From positions 5,892,001-5,956,000 of the forward strand of contig NC_058383.1 of the NCBI RefSeq assembly GCF_018350175.1: a DNA stretch of 64,000 nt. Reading direction: 5' to 3'. Under the pieces are notes generated by a model that saw only the letters and a list, made by a program, of their open reading frames with translations, ran no database searches and had not been told where the DNA came from. Source of the DNA: Felis catus. Taxonomy: Eukaryota. Positions 39,079-49,511 of this stretch are shown in pieces; position 1 is the first letter of the stretch, and each line of letters starts with the position of its first letter. Both the position numbers and the translations under genes were made by a program.

Positions 39079-40034
39079 AATAATCTCTTGATGCTGGGAG
39101 TGTGCCCGGTATGTTTCCTGAGAGGCCATGAATGGATGGTGGACAAGCCCATGCACAGACCCCAGGGGAAAGCATTTCGCCCCCTCTGTGGAGCAAAGGT
39201 ACAGAAATCTATCCAAAGGGAGGGATATCACCGCTCCTGTCTGTGGCCATTCCCAGCCTCTCAGGCCCTCACTGATCCCCATCCAAGGACAACAGCTACG
39301 CCCTGCCACAGCCATCTCAGAATGTGCCTCTGCTCTGGCTGACCTGGAATCCTCTCTTCTTACACCAGGGTGCCAGATGCTAAGCAAACAGAAAACCGCA
39401 TGCTTAGATGTGCTCGCTCTTTTTTGGGGTGTTTTTGTTACCTCTTGACGACAGACGTTTGTATCTGAATTGCTTCCTCAACATTAACCTGGTATTTTGC
39501 CTGAGAGGTTTTCAGTGTTGCGATGCAGTAAAGGACAAACCCCAAAGCCATGAATTGCTATGACTGTATACGGTCATCTCCTAACTCACGCTCCCTCTCT
39601 GCTTCTCTCTTAATATATATGCCTGCTATCGACAAATCACACCTTGTATAAACTGTGTGCTTGAATCTTTTCCAGATGCCGGAAGTATGATGTTAACAAT
39701 GAGAAAAAGGGAAGGGAAGGCTTTCAAACCTTGAAGCTGTGTTTCAGAAATAGTTACAGATAGAGATACAAGCTATTAGGCTTTTTCCCAGAAGAACACG
39801 AGTAGAATGAAAAATCTATCTCAGTATGGGCGAAAAAACACATACAGTTTGTTTTTGTTTTTGTTTGAAAGAATATCGGTATAATAAGGGGCAAACCGAA
39901 CTCTGAGCATGTACAAGTCTTTGGCACTTATGTGCTATCAAATCCAAACTGTTCAATTACATCACGTTATTAGACCTGCTCTTTTTATTGCTATCACTAC
40001 CAATACTAGTCTTACTATTACTACTACTACTAAT

Positions 40035-40270
40035 TAACGAGTATCGCTCTGTACCAGGCACAACGCCCTCTACTTGACAGACAGCATTTCCCCAAAGCCT
40101 CACAACAATCCCATGAGCAGATAGCATCAGTCCTATTTTACAGGAGAGGAAGTGAAAACTCAGTGGTTAATTAGGTAACTGGCCCCAAGTCACAAGAAGG
40201 TAGTGATGCCAACAGGATTTGAACCCAGGCTATTTAATCTAAAGCCGGATTCTTAAACTCTATGCCACCG
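40035..40270 (-). mobile_element. MIR
   Basis: cctcacaacaatcccatgag..attttacaggagaggaagtga..cccaagtcaca..ggatttgaacccagg. Confidence 0.8.
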
Positions 40271-40584
40271 CTGGCTGTGGGCTTTCTTTTTTCAGGATCG
40301 TGTTCACAATTTAACCCCAGCTATTTTTCACATTATGAGAGGCCCTGGACTCATGGAGATGGAAAACAACAGACCCTCCCTGAGAAGTGGAGGTGGGCCA
40401 CTGGCTGGTCTCTCCAGCTAGCAGACCAGCAGCGTCTGCACGTCAGCTTCAACGGGAGCATGAGTCACGCTTTTGCCTTAACAAAATGAGATGTATAGCA
40501 TTATGGACTTTCAGAATAAAGTTTGCGTGCCTTCATTCATTTGGGCATTAGCCAATGGATTTCAACCATTCTTTATCTTTACGC

Positions 40585-41570
40585 TAGGTCGAGTTCCAAG
40601 TTGGTGATGATGTTTTTCTCAGAAATCTGAAGGCGATGCTGTACTGCCTTGTAGAGTTAAGTGTCGCTACTGAGAAATAGGATGCCATTCTAATTCCTGA
40701 TCCTTTCTTTATGAATTGTTTCCTCGGGAGCTTTGCTTTTAGGGATTTCTCTTCGTCTCCGGTATTTTGAAAGTACACGATTACGTGCCTTAGTGTGGGT
40801 CTATTTTTGCAGTGGGCTCTTGGTTGTCCCCTCAATCTGAGCACTGGGATTTCTGGGGGACATTTAGAAAAACAGCTTTATTGACATATAATCTACATTC
40901 CATAAAATTTGCCCACTTAAAGAAAGGAGTCAATTCAATAGTTTTTGGTATATTTACAGAGTTGTGCAGCTATCACTGTAATCTAATTTTGGGACATTTC
41001 CATCACCTCCAAGACAAACCTTGTACCCACTCGTCATCATCCCCTATTTGCTCCCACCAGCTCTAAGTAATCACCCATCTACTTTGGGGGACATTCTTTT
41101 GAATTATTACTTTAATAATCCTCCTCAATTTTCTTGGTTCTCTCTTTCTGGAATGTCTTTTATTCAGGTATTGGGTATGTTCAGGTATGTTTTAGTTTTC
41201 TTACCCTTCCTATTTCCATCTCCCTTTTTCTGTTCTGTGTAAGGGATATTTCCCCCACTAAAGCTCCACACCTCTTATTGAAAGTTGTATTTCCAGCAGA
41301 ATATTTTTAATTTGCAAGAGGCCCTTTTTCCCCCCCTCTGAACATTCTTTTTGTAACATTCTGTTCTTTTTTTCATGAATGTAATGTCTTCTTTTATCTC
41401 TGAAGATATCACTTATAGCTTTTTTTGGAGTTTTCTTCTGCTTTTTGCATTACTTATTTCTTCTGAGTTTTTTTTTTCTTCTTCTTCTGTTGTTTTGGTC
41501 TCTGAGTTTCATAGTAGACCTTCCTCAAACATTTGGTGACTGCCGATTCATACTTAAGAGTGAAGCACTC
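40585..41570 (-). mobile_element. Ancient L1/HAL1-like ORF1 relic
   Basis: ORF 40584-40844(-) RPTLRHVIVYFQ..DEEKSLKA..KGSGIRMASYFSVATL..RQY..AFRFLR resembles the L1 ORF1p RRM/CTD motifs (RPTPRHIIVK..IRLTADFS..ARRQW). Confidence 0.75.
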
Positions 41571-41726
41571 AAAAGTATTTCTGTGTGTGTAGTTATAAGT
41601 TTATTGCATGGTGATCACCCCTGCTCCTGTGTTTTCATCACTTAGGGGCCTTTAAAACCAATACAAATTCCAAAGCCCACCCCTGGAGTATCTGATTTAA
41701 TTGGTTGGAATCTTGTCATTCATATT

Positions 41727-41935
41727 AAAAAAAAATTTTTTTAATGTTTATTTACTTTTGAGAGAGAGACAGAGACAGAGCATGAGCGGGGGAGGGGCAG
41801 AGAGAAAGGGAGATACAGAATCTGAAGCAGGCTCCAGGCTCTGAGCTGTCGGCACAAAGCCCAACACAGGGCTGGAACTCGTGAGATGTGAGATCACGAC
41901 CTCACTTAACTGACTGAGCCACCCAAGCACCCCCC
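41727..41935 (-). mobile_element. CAN-SINE with short internal deletion, inside a MER5-like relic (~41625-41990)
   Basis: TSD CT(T/C)GTCATTC(A/G)TATT at 41712-41726 and 41938-41952. Confidence 0.88.
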
Positions 41936-42271
41936 GCCTCGTCATTCGTATTTTTTAAAACTCCCTAGATGATTCTGTTGTACAGGGGAAGGAATCCCTG
42001 TGGGGGCCCGAGGCGGGGGGGGGGGGGTCCTCAACTACCAATATAGGATATATTTTTTCCCCCAGAGTAATCAGATCCCTCAGAAAAGAAACTTTCCATC
42101 TCTTACCTTGGCATCTGACTGCTGACATCCTGAGACCCTCCTGGAAAAAGGGGCTGAGGGTCTCCCAGTCAGCACATAGGTACTCACACAACCTGGTGTT
42201 CTGCAGAGTGGTTGCACCCTTGACTTTGCCCTGTGTGCACAGGTCTGGAATCAGAGAGGAAGTCTCTGGTC

Positions 42272-42661
42272 CAGTGGTTCTCATTGCTTAGTGTCCAGCA
42301 TCAGCAACACCTAGAAATTTGTTAGAAGTGCCAATTCCCAGGCCCCATCCTGACTTGCTGCATCAGAAACTCTGGGGGGGGGGGGGGCATCTGGGTGGCT
42401 CAGTCAGTTGAGCGTCTGACTTCAGCTCAGGTCATGATCTCATGGTTCAAGGGTTCAAGCCCTGTGTCAGGCTCTGTGCTGACAGCCCCGACCCTAGAGC
42501 CTGCCTCTGATTCCCTGTCCTTCTCTCTCTGCCCCTCTCCCACTTGTGTTCTCGCTCTCTCTCTCAAAAAGAAACCAAAAACAAAACAAAAAAACCTCTG
42601 GGAGTGGGGGCCCAGCAACCTCCAGGGAATTCTGATGCCTGCTCACGCTTGGGGGCTACTC
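42272..42661. mobile_element. MER5A-like hAT MITE interrupted by a sense CAN-SINE (~42384-42594)
   Basis: cagtggttctca..cagcatcagcaacacct.gaaatttgttaga..ggccccatcc..atcagaaactctgggg; 8-bp flanks CTCTGGTC/CTCTGGGC. Confidence 0.8.
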
Positions 42662-43410
42662 CTCTGGGCTTCTGTCGGGGAGCAGGGACTGCGTGGGTGC
42701 TCAGAGTGTGGGAGGGGACCTGAGGATCCAGGAGCTCTGGAGCAGGCCTTCCTCCGGTCTCCAGCATCTCCAGAAGTCCCTGGGCCCCTCTCTCCACAGC
42801 CTGAGATTTTGTATTGGAAAGCAGTAATTTGGGGTCTTTCTTCCATCTCCAGTTTTCACTCCTCTGGTTTCCTAAGACAGTTTTAGCTCCGCCTTTTGCT
42901 TTCCAGTCCCTGGATTTTATTGTTCTCGCCTCCTTTGCGGTGCTGTTTCTCCTTGCAGCGCATGTCCTTTTTAGTCCCTTGGCTGCCATTTTAAGCGAGG
43001 TTGCAGGAGGGTATTTAATCCACCAGGCTTAACTGAAGTCTCATGATATAGATTAAGTGAATAAAGCACATTGCAGGGTGAAAAAAAACCAACCCCAAAA
43101 CTAGATTCTATATTAACAAAGAAAGAAATAAAAAGCACAAAACCACGATATAGGATTTCTATACTTGTATGTGCCTGTACGTGTATTTTAATACATGGTA
43201 TATGGATGGATATACTCTCAACTCCTGATGTTACCTCACGGTCATTGTCTTAGGGAGGTGGGGACGGGGGGAGAGGGAGGAACACTATTACTTTTTAAAT
43301 TTATTTACTCCTGAATTATTTGAATTACTACAAAGAACAAGTATTACTTGTAAAAAATTTTTTAATGTTGAAAATCTACTTGCTTTGCACGAACTGACCT
43401 TATTTATTTA

Positions 43411-43821
43411 ACTCCTTTAAGTTTATTTATGTATTCTGAGAGACAGCAACTGGGGTAGGGGCAGAGAGAGGGAGGGGAGAGTGCGAATCCCAAGCGGGTT
43501 CCCCACCATCAACGCAAAGCCCCATGTGGGGCTCAAACTCATTAATTGTGAGGTCATGACTTGACCCGAAACCAGGAGCTGGGCGCCCAACCAACCAAGC
43601 CACCCGGGCACCCCTATTTATTTTTTAAACATGTTTATTTACTTTTGACAGAAAAAGAGAGTGCAAGCAGGGGAGGGGCAGAGAGAAAAGGAGACAGAGG
43701 GTCTGAAGCAGGCTCTGTGCTGACAGCAGATAGCCTGATGTGGGGCTCAAACTCACCAACCGAGAGATTGTGACCTGAGCCGAAAGTGGGCGCTCAAATG
43801 ACTGAGCCACCCAGGCCACCC
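43411..43821 (-). mobile_element. Two tandem CAN-SINEs (43411-43614 in the tail of 43615-43821)
   Basis: Outer TSD GAACTGACCTT at 43391-43401 and 43823-43833. Confidence 0.88.
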
Positions 43822-44032
43822 TGAACTGACCTTTTTAAATTTACACAGTGGCCTGTGTGACCCATCCAGGGGTGGGAGGGTCTGGGGTTTCAGGGAAGAA
43901 ATAGCCCTAAGTCCCAGATGTTGTCTCAGATTTAGGCTGGGCCCAAACAAAGTCAGAAAGATCCAAATATTCAAGTACCCAAAGTACCTGCTTCTATCCA
44001 TATATTTGGTATAGAATAAAAGAAGTGTTCTC

Positions 44033-44252
44033 GGGGCGCCTGGGTGGCTCAGTCGGTTGAGCGTCCGACTTCAGCTCAGGTCATGATCTCGCAGTTCGTG
44101 AGTTCAGGCCCCATGTCAGGCTTTGTGCTGACAGCTCAGAGCCTGGAGCCTGCTTTGGATTCTGTGTCTCCCTCTCTCTGTCCCTTCCCTGCTCATGCTC
44201 TGTCTCTCTCTGTCTCTCAAAGATGAATGAACGTTAAAAAAAAAAAAAAAAA
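44033..44252 (+). mobile_element. Feline CAN-SINE
   Basis: Perfect TSD AAAAGAAGTGTTCTC at 44018-44032 and 44253-44267; long pure A-tail. Confidence 0.94.
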
Positions 44253-44434
44253 AAAAGAAGTGTTCTCATCCCTAGCTGGAGATTAGACTTGCCCTGGAGT
44301 ACAGAAGAATGTGAGCAGCCACAGAAACAACAAAACACCTCACTGCCCCACCCATGGACTAATTAAATCCCAGGCAATTCTAATGTGCAGCAAGGGTTGA
44401 CACTCATTTATGCAGATGTTATTTTAATCCCTTT

Positions 44435-44648
44435 AAAAAAAATTTTTTTAACATTTATTTATTTTTTGAGAGACAGAGACAAACCATGAGCAGGGGAGGG
44501 GCAGAGAGAGAGGGAGTCACAGAATCCGAAGCAGGCTCCAGGCTCTAAGCTGTCAGCACAGAGCCCGCCGTGAGCCTTAAACTCATAAAGTGTGAGATCA
44601 TGACCTGAGCCAAAGTCAGACACTTAACTGACTGAGCCCTTAACTGAT
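44435..44648 (-). mobile_element. Feline CAN-SINE lacking its normal 5' end
   Basis: Body is intact up to actgagcc, then a repeat of cttaactga replaces acccaggcgcccc. Confidence 0.88.
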
Positions 44649-44960
44649 TTAATCTCTTTTTAAAATCAGAAAGATCAGCTCTCTGATGTCACTCGGATCT
44701 TAAAAACAGATCGCTTTGCTAGATTTTTAAATTCTTCAACTTTCTGACATCACATAGCACAATACTGGGGAAGTTTTTAGTCTGTCTTAAAATACTACCT
44801 AGATTTGGCTTTGCAAGAACCACAGTGATCAACTGTGCACTATATCTCATAGCATTTGCAAGCTGAATGCTCTCTCATGGGCCTCAGAGATAATGCGACT
44901 CTTCATTTTACAGATGAGGAAATGTCGCCCAGAGGTATTCTCTCACAGATTTACTACAAG

Positions 44961-44978
44961 GGGGGGGGGGGGTGGAGA

Positions 44979-45057
<79 letters not shown>

Positions 45058-45079
45058 AGAGGAAGAGAGAGAGAGAGAA
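44961..45079. repeat. G-run plus compound (TG)n(GA)n microsatellite
   Basis: Read directly. Confidence 0.97.
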
Positions 45080-46960
45080 AGTAAATATTGTAAAGGACTT
45101 CTATTACTTTTACAAGTGTATGTAACTGGTTTATTCTATATTATGACAGAAACATTCTCTAAAGATCAGTTTTACTTAACCTTGAAAAAAAAAATCAGTC
45201 AAGGTCCAAATGAATTGAGAATTGCTCATCTATTCTTCCTTGTGGATTTGTACTAACTCAAGTCCTGGCCTTGGCCTCTTGCAGAAAACAAAGAATAATT
45301 TTCTTTAAAAAAAAATTCTGTATCTTTATCCAATGTGCTTCTCTAAGCTTCTCTTTGCAGCTTTACTGAAAGTATTTTGTTTCAGAGAGAAATCCTCTCG
45401 GATTAACCTGCAATGTCCCAGAACAAATGGTGTGCTGTGTGAGCCAGGCACTAGATTGCCAGCTTCTGTGTCTGAGAGCCACGGAAGGCTTGAGGTCAAC
45501 GTGTTTTCCTTACTGAGGTCAAAGTGAGTAACAAGAGAAGGTAGTTCACAGCAGGAAACAGGTCACTCATGTAATAAGCTAGGACTCGTAAGTTCAGGAG
45601 GGAGGAAGGAAATTAATGCTCACTGGGTGAAAATTTATTCTTGGGTTTTCCTCTATTAAAATCACATTACATTTCCAATCTATGCCATTACAAACAACAT
45701 AACATGTGCTATGTTATCTCAAATGTACATTTATGGCTTCTTAGGCATATCTGTTAACCTACACGTATATTTACATCCCATGCCTGCATTATTTAATGTA
45801 CGTATTCCCATATGTACAAAAGTATGTCCTCATGTACGTGGTCTCATGTGTACTTTTGTGTTGCATCACGTGTATACTCGATCATTGGCATATTTTTTCC
45901 TATTTTTATTAAGATTTATTGAGGTATAATTTACATGAAATAAACACATATTTGAACTGTACAATTTATAAGTTTTTATATACGTATACACCCATGAAAC
46001 CATTACCACAATCAAGATAATGAATACATCCACCTTCCCAAGTTTCTTTTTGGCCATCTGTAATCCTTCTCAGTCCCTCTCCACTCTCCTATTCCCCCTG
46101 CTGATCTGTTTTAATTTTGCATTTTGTAGAATTTTATACAAATGGAGTCATGAGTATTACTCTTCCTTCTCTGGCCCCTTTCAGTCAGCATAATTATTTT
46201 CAGATTCATCTATATTGTTACATATATTGGTGGCTCGTTCTATCTTGTTGCTGAGTATTTACCACAATTTATTTATTCATCCACTTATTGATGAACATTT
46301 GGATTATTTCCACTTTCTGGCTATTATGAATAAAGCTGAAATAAACATTCATGTACAAGTCTTTGTATGAACACAGCTTCCTTTCTCTTTGGTAAATACC
46401 TTGAAGTAGAGGGGATGGTTCATAAGTTAGGCGTATGTTTAACTTTTTAAGAAACTGTCAAACTTTCCCATGGTAGTTGTACCATTTTCTACTCCTACAG
46501 TAGTATATGAGAGATCACCCTGGCCAACACTTGGTGTGGTCAGACTTTTTATTTTAGACATGTTAGTGGGTGTGTAGAGGCATCCTGTGGTTTAAATTTG
46601 CATTTATTCAATGACTAATGATGTTGTATATCTTTTCATGTGCTCATTACCCATCTGTATATCATCTTTGGTGAAGCATCTGTTCAAATCCTTTGCCACT
46701 TATTTATTAGGTTGTCTCTTTTCTTATGATTAACTTTTAAGACTTTGTATGAATTCTGGATACAAGGACTTGGTCAGCCCTGTAATTTGAAAATATTTTC
46801 TCCAATTCTATGGCATTTAAAAAAATTTAACAGTGTCTTTCAAAGAGCACAAGTTCCTAATTTTTGTGAAATCCAATGTATTACTCTTAGAAATGGATTG
46901 TTCTGTTGGCTAAGAAATCTTTGCCTATTCCAAGGTCACAAAGATTCTCCCCTATGTTTC

Positions 46961-47175
46961 TTTTTTAAATTTTTTAATTTTTTAATGTTTATTTTTCGAG
47001 AGACAGAGCGCAAGCAGGGGAGGGGCAGAGAGAGAGGGAGACACAGAATCCAAAGCAGGCTCCAGGCTCTGAGCTGTCAGCACAAAGCCTGACGTGGGGC
47101 CTGAACTCACGAACCGTGAGGTCATGACCTGAGCCGAAGTCGGATGCCTCCCCGACTGAGCCACCCAGGCGTCCC
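46961..47175 (-). mobile_element. Feline CAN-SINE
   Basis: Full body; degenerate TSD tctcc..tgtttctt. Confidence 0.9.
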
Positions 47176-47329
47176 GTCTCCTTTGTTTCTTCTAGAAGTT
47201 TTATAGCTTTAGGCTTTATATTTAGATCTATGATCCATTTTGAATTACTTTTTAATATCACGTGAGATATAAGTCAAACTTCATTTGTTTTTGGCATAGA
47301 TACAAAATATTTATTACAAGATGTTCCTT

Positions 47330-47552
47330 GGGGCACCTGGGTGGCTCAGTCGGTAAGCGTCCGACTTCAGCTCAGGTCATTATCTCCTGGTTCGTGAGCT
47401 CAAGCTCCGCATTGGGCTCTGTGCTGACAGCTCAGAGCCTAGAGCCTGCTTTAGATTCTGCGTTTCCTTCTCTCTCTGCCTCTCCCCTGCTCACATTGTG
47501 TCTCTCTCTCATAACTAAATAAACATTAAAAAAAATTTTTTTTTAATTCTAA
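47330..47552 (+). mobile_element. Feline CAN-SINE
   Basis: TSD AAGATGTTCCTT at 47318-47329 and 47553-47564. Confidence 0.92.
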
Positions 47553-47849
47553 AAGATGTTCCTTTCTCCACTGTACTTTTACACCTTTGTCAAAAATCAA
47601 TTGACTATATATGTGGGGTCTATTTCTGGACTCTCTAATCTGTTCCATTGATCTATTTGCTTATCATTCCTCCAAAACCACGTTATCCTCATAATTGCAG
47701 CTTTAAAACAAGACTTAAAATCACATAATGTAAATCCTCCAAATTTGTTCTTTTTTTTTTCAAAAGTGTTTTGGCCATTCTAAGTCCTTTGAATTTCCAT
47801 ATAAAATTTAGAAGTAGACTATCAATTTCTATTAAAATAGCATGGTAGA

Positions 47850-48073
47850 GGGGCGCCTGGGTGGCGCAGTCGGTTAAGCGTCCGACTTCAGCCAGGTCAC
47901 GATCTCGCGGTCCGTGAGTTCGAGCCCCACGTCGGGCTCTGGGCTGATGGCTCAGAGCCTGGAGCCTGTTTCCGATTCTGTGTCTCCCTCTCTCTCTGCC
48001 CCTCCCCCGTTCATGCTCTGTCTCTCTCTGTCCCAAAAATAAAATAAACGTTGAAAAAAAAATTAAAAAAAAA
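47850..48073 (+). mobile_element. Young-subfamily feline CAN-SINE
   Basis: Perfect TSD AAAATAGCATGGTAGA at 47834-47849 and 48074-48089; TT|AAAA target. Confidence 0.95.
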
Positions 48074-48262
48074 AAAATAGCATGGTAGAGTTTTTACTAG
48101 GATTGCACCAAATCTATAGGTCAACTTTGGAAGAAGTGACAATGGTGAGTCTTCTAATCCACAAACGCGGCATATCTCTCCATTTATTTACATTTTAATT
48201 TTTCTCAGCAGTATTTTGTATTTTTAATGTACTAGTCTTGCACATCTTTTGACATTTATTTC

Positions 48263-48452
48263 TTTTTTTAAGTTTATTTATTTTTGAGAGAGAAAGAGAG
48301 CAAGTGGGGGAAAGGCAGAGAGAGAGGGAGAGAGAGAAAATCCGAAGCAGGCTCCACACTGTCAGCATGGAGCCTGATGCAGGGCTCAAACTCACGAACC
48401 TTGAGATTATGACCTGAGCCAAACTTAACCAACTGAGCCACCCAGGTGCCAC
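48263..48452 (-). mobile_element. Older CAN-SINE with internal deletion
   Basis: gcaggctccacactgtcagc...gacctgagccaaacttaaccaactgagccacccaggtgcc. Confidence 0.87.
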
Positions 48453-48707
48453 AATATATATATTTCTAAGCATTTCATTGTTTTGTTGCTATCATATATT
48501 TTTAAATTTCAATTTCTAATTGCTGCTAGTATATAAAAATGCCACAGATTTGTGTCTGTTGACCTTGAATCCTGAAATCTTCTTAAACTCACTTATTAGT
48601 TCTGGTAGCTTTTTTTTGCAGATTCCATAGGATTTTCAGTGTAGATAATCATAGAGTCTCCATAGTTATTATTTCTGGTGTTTATTAATCCTTCACAGAC
48701 CCATATT

Positions 48708-48930
48708 TTTTTTTTAATTTTTTTTTTCAACGTTTATTTATTTTTCAGACAGAGAGAGACAGAGCATGAACGGGGGAGGGGCAGAGAGAGAGGGAGACAC
48801 AGAATCGGAAACAGGCTCCAGGCTCTGAGCCATCAGCCCAGAGCCCGACGCGGGGCTCAAACTCACGGACCGTGAGATCGTGACCTGGCTGAAGTCGGAC
48901 GCTTAACCGACTGCGCCACCCAGGCGCCCC
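48708..48930 (-). mobile_element. Young-subfamily feline CAN-SINE
   Basis: Perfect TSD TTCACAGACCCATATT at 48692-48707 and 48931-48946. Confidence 0.95.
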
Positions 48931-49025
48931 TTCACAGACCCATATTACTACCACTTGGTATAGTTTTTCTTATGCCTGAAAATTACCTTTAATATTTCTC
49001 ACACCGTGGATGTTCTGGTGACAAT

Positions 49026-49157
49026 TTTTCTTTCTTTTCTTTTCTTTTCTTTTCTTTTCTTTTCTTTTCTTTTCTTTTCTTTTCTTTTCTTTTCTTCTTT
49101 TCCTTTCTCCTTCCTTCCTTCCTTCCTTCCTTCCTTCCTTCCTTCCTTCCTTCCTTC

Positions 49158-49208
<51 letters not shown>

Positions 49209-49209
49209 T
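49026..49209. repeat. Compound (TTTTC)n-(CCTT)n-(CTTT)n microsatellite
   Basis: Read directly. Confidence 0.97.
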
Positions 49210-49307
49210 CCTGTATGTCTGAAATGTCATATTTTGCTTTTGTTTTTGAAAGATATTTTCATTGGGTTATGGAATTCTACATTCACAGATTTTCTTTCAG
49301 TAATTTA

Positions 49308-49511
49308 TCAACGTTTATTTATTTTTGGGACAGAGAGAGACAAAGCATGAACGGGGGAGGGGCAGAGAGAGAGGGAGACACAGAATCGGAAACAGGCTCC
49401 AGGCTCTGAGCCATCAGCCCAGAGCCTGACGCGGGGCTCGAACTCACGGACCGCGAGATTGTGACCTGGCTGAAGTCGGACACTTAACCGACTGCGCCAC
49501 CCAGGCGCCCC
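49308..49511 (-). mobile_element. Young-subfamily feline CAN-SINE without terminal poly(A)
   Basis: Perfect TSD TCTTTCAGTAATTTA at 49293-49307 and 49512-49526. Confidence 0.94.

Noticed and set aside
47850..47935. tRNA gene
   Set aside because: The A/B-box-like sequence is the tRNA-derived head of a CAN-SINE; the same applies to the other SINEs.
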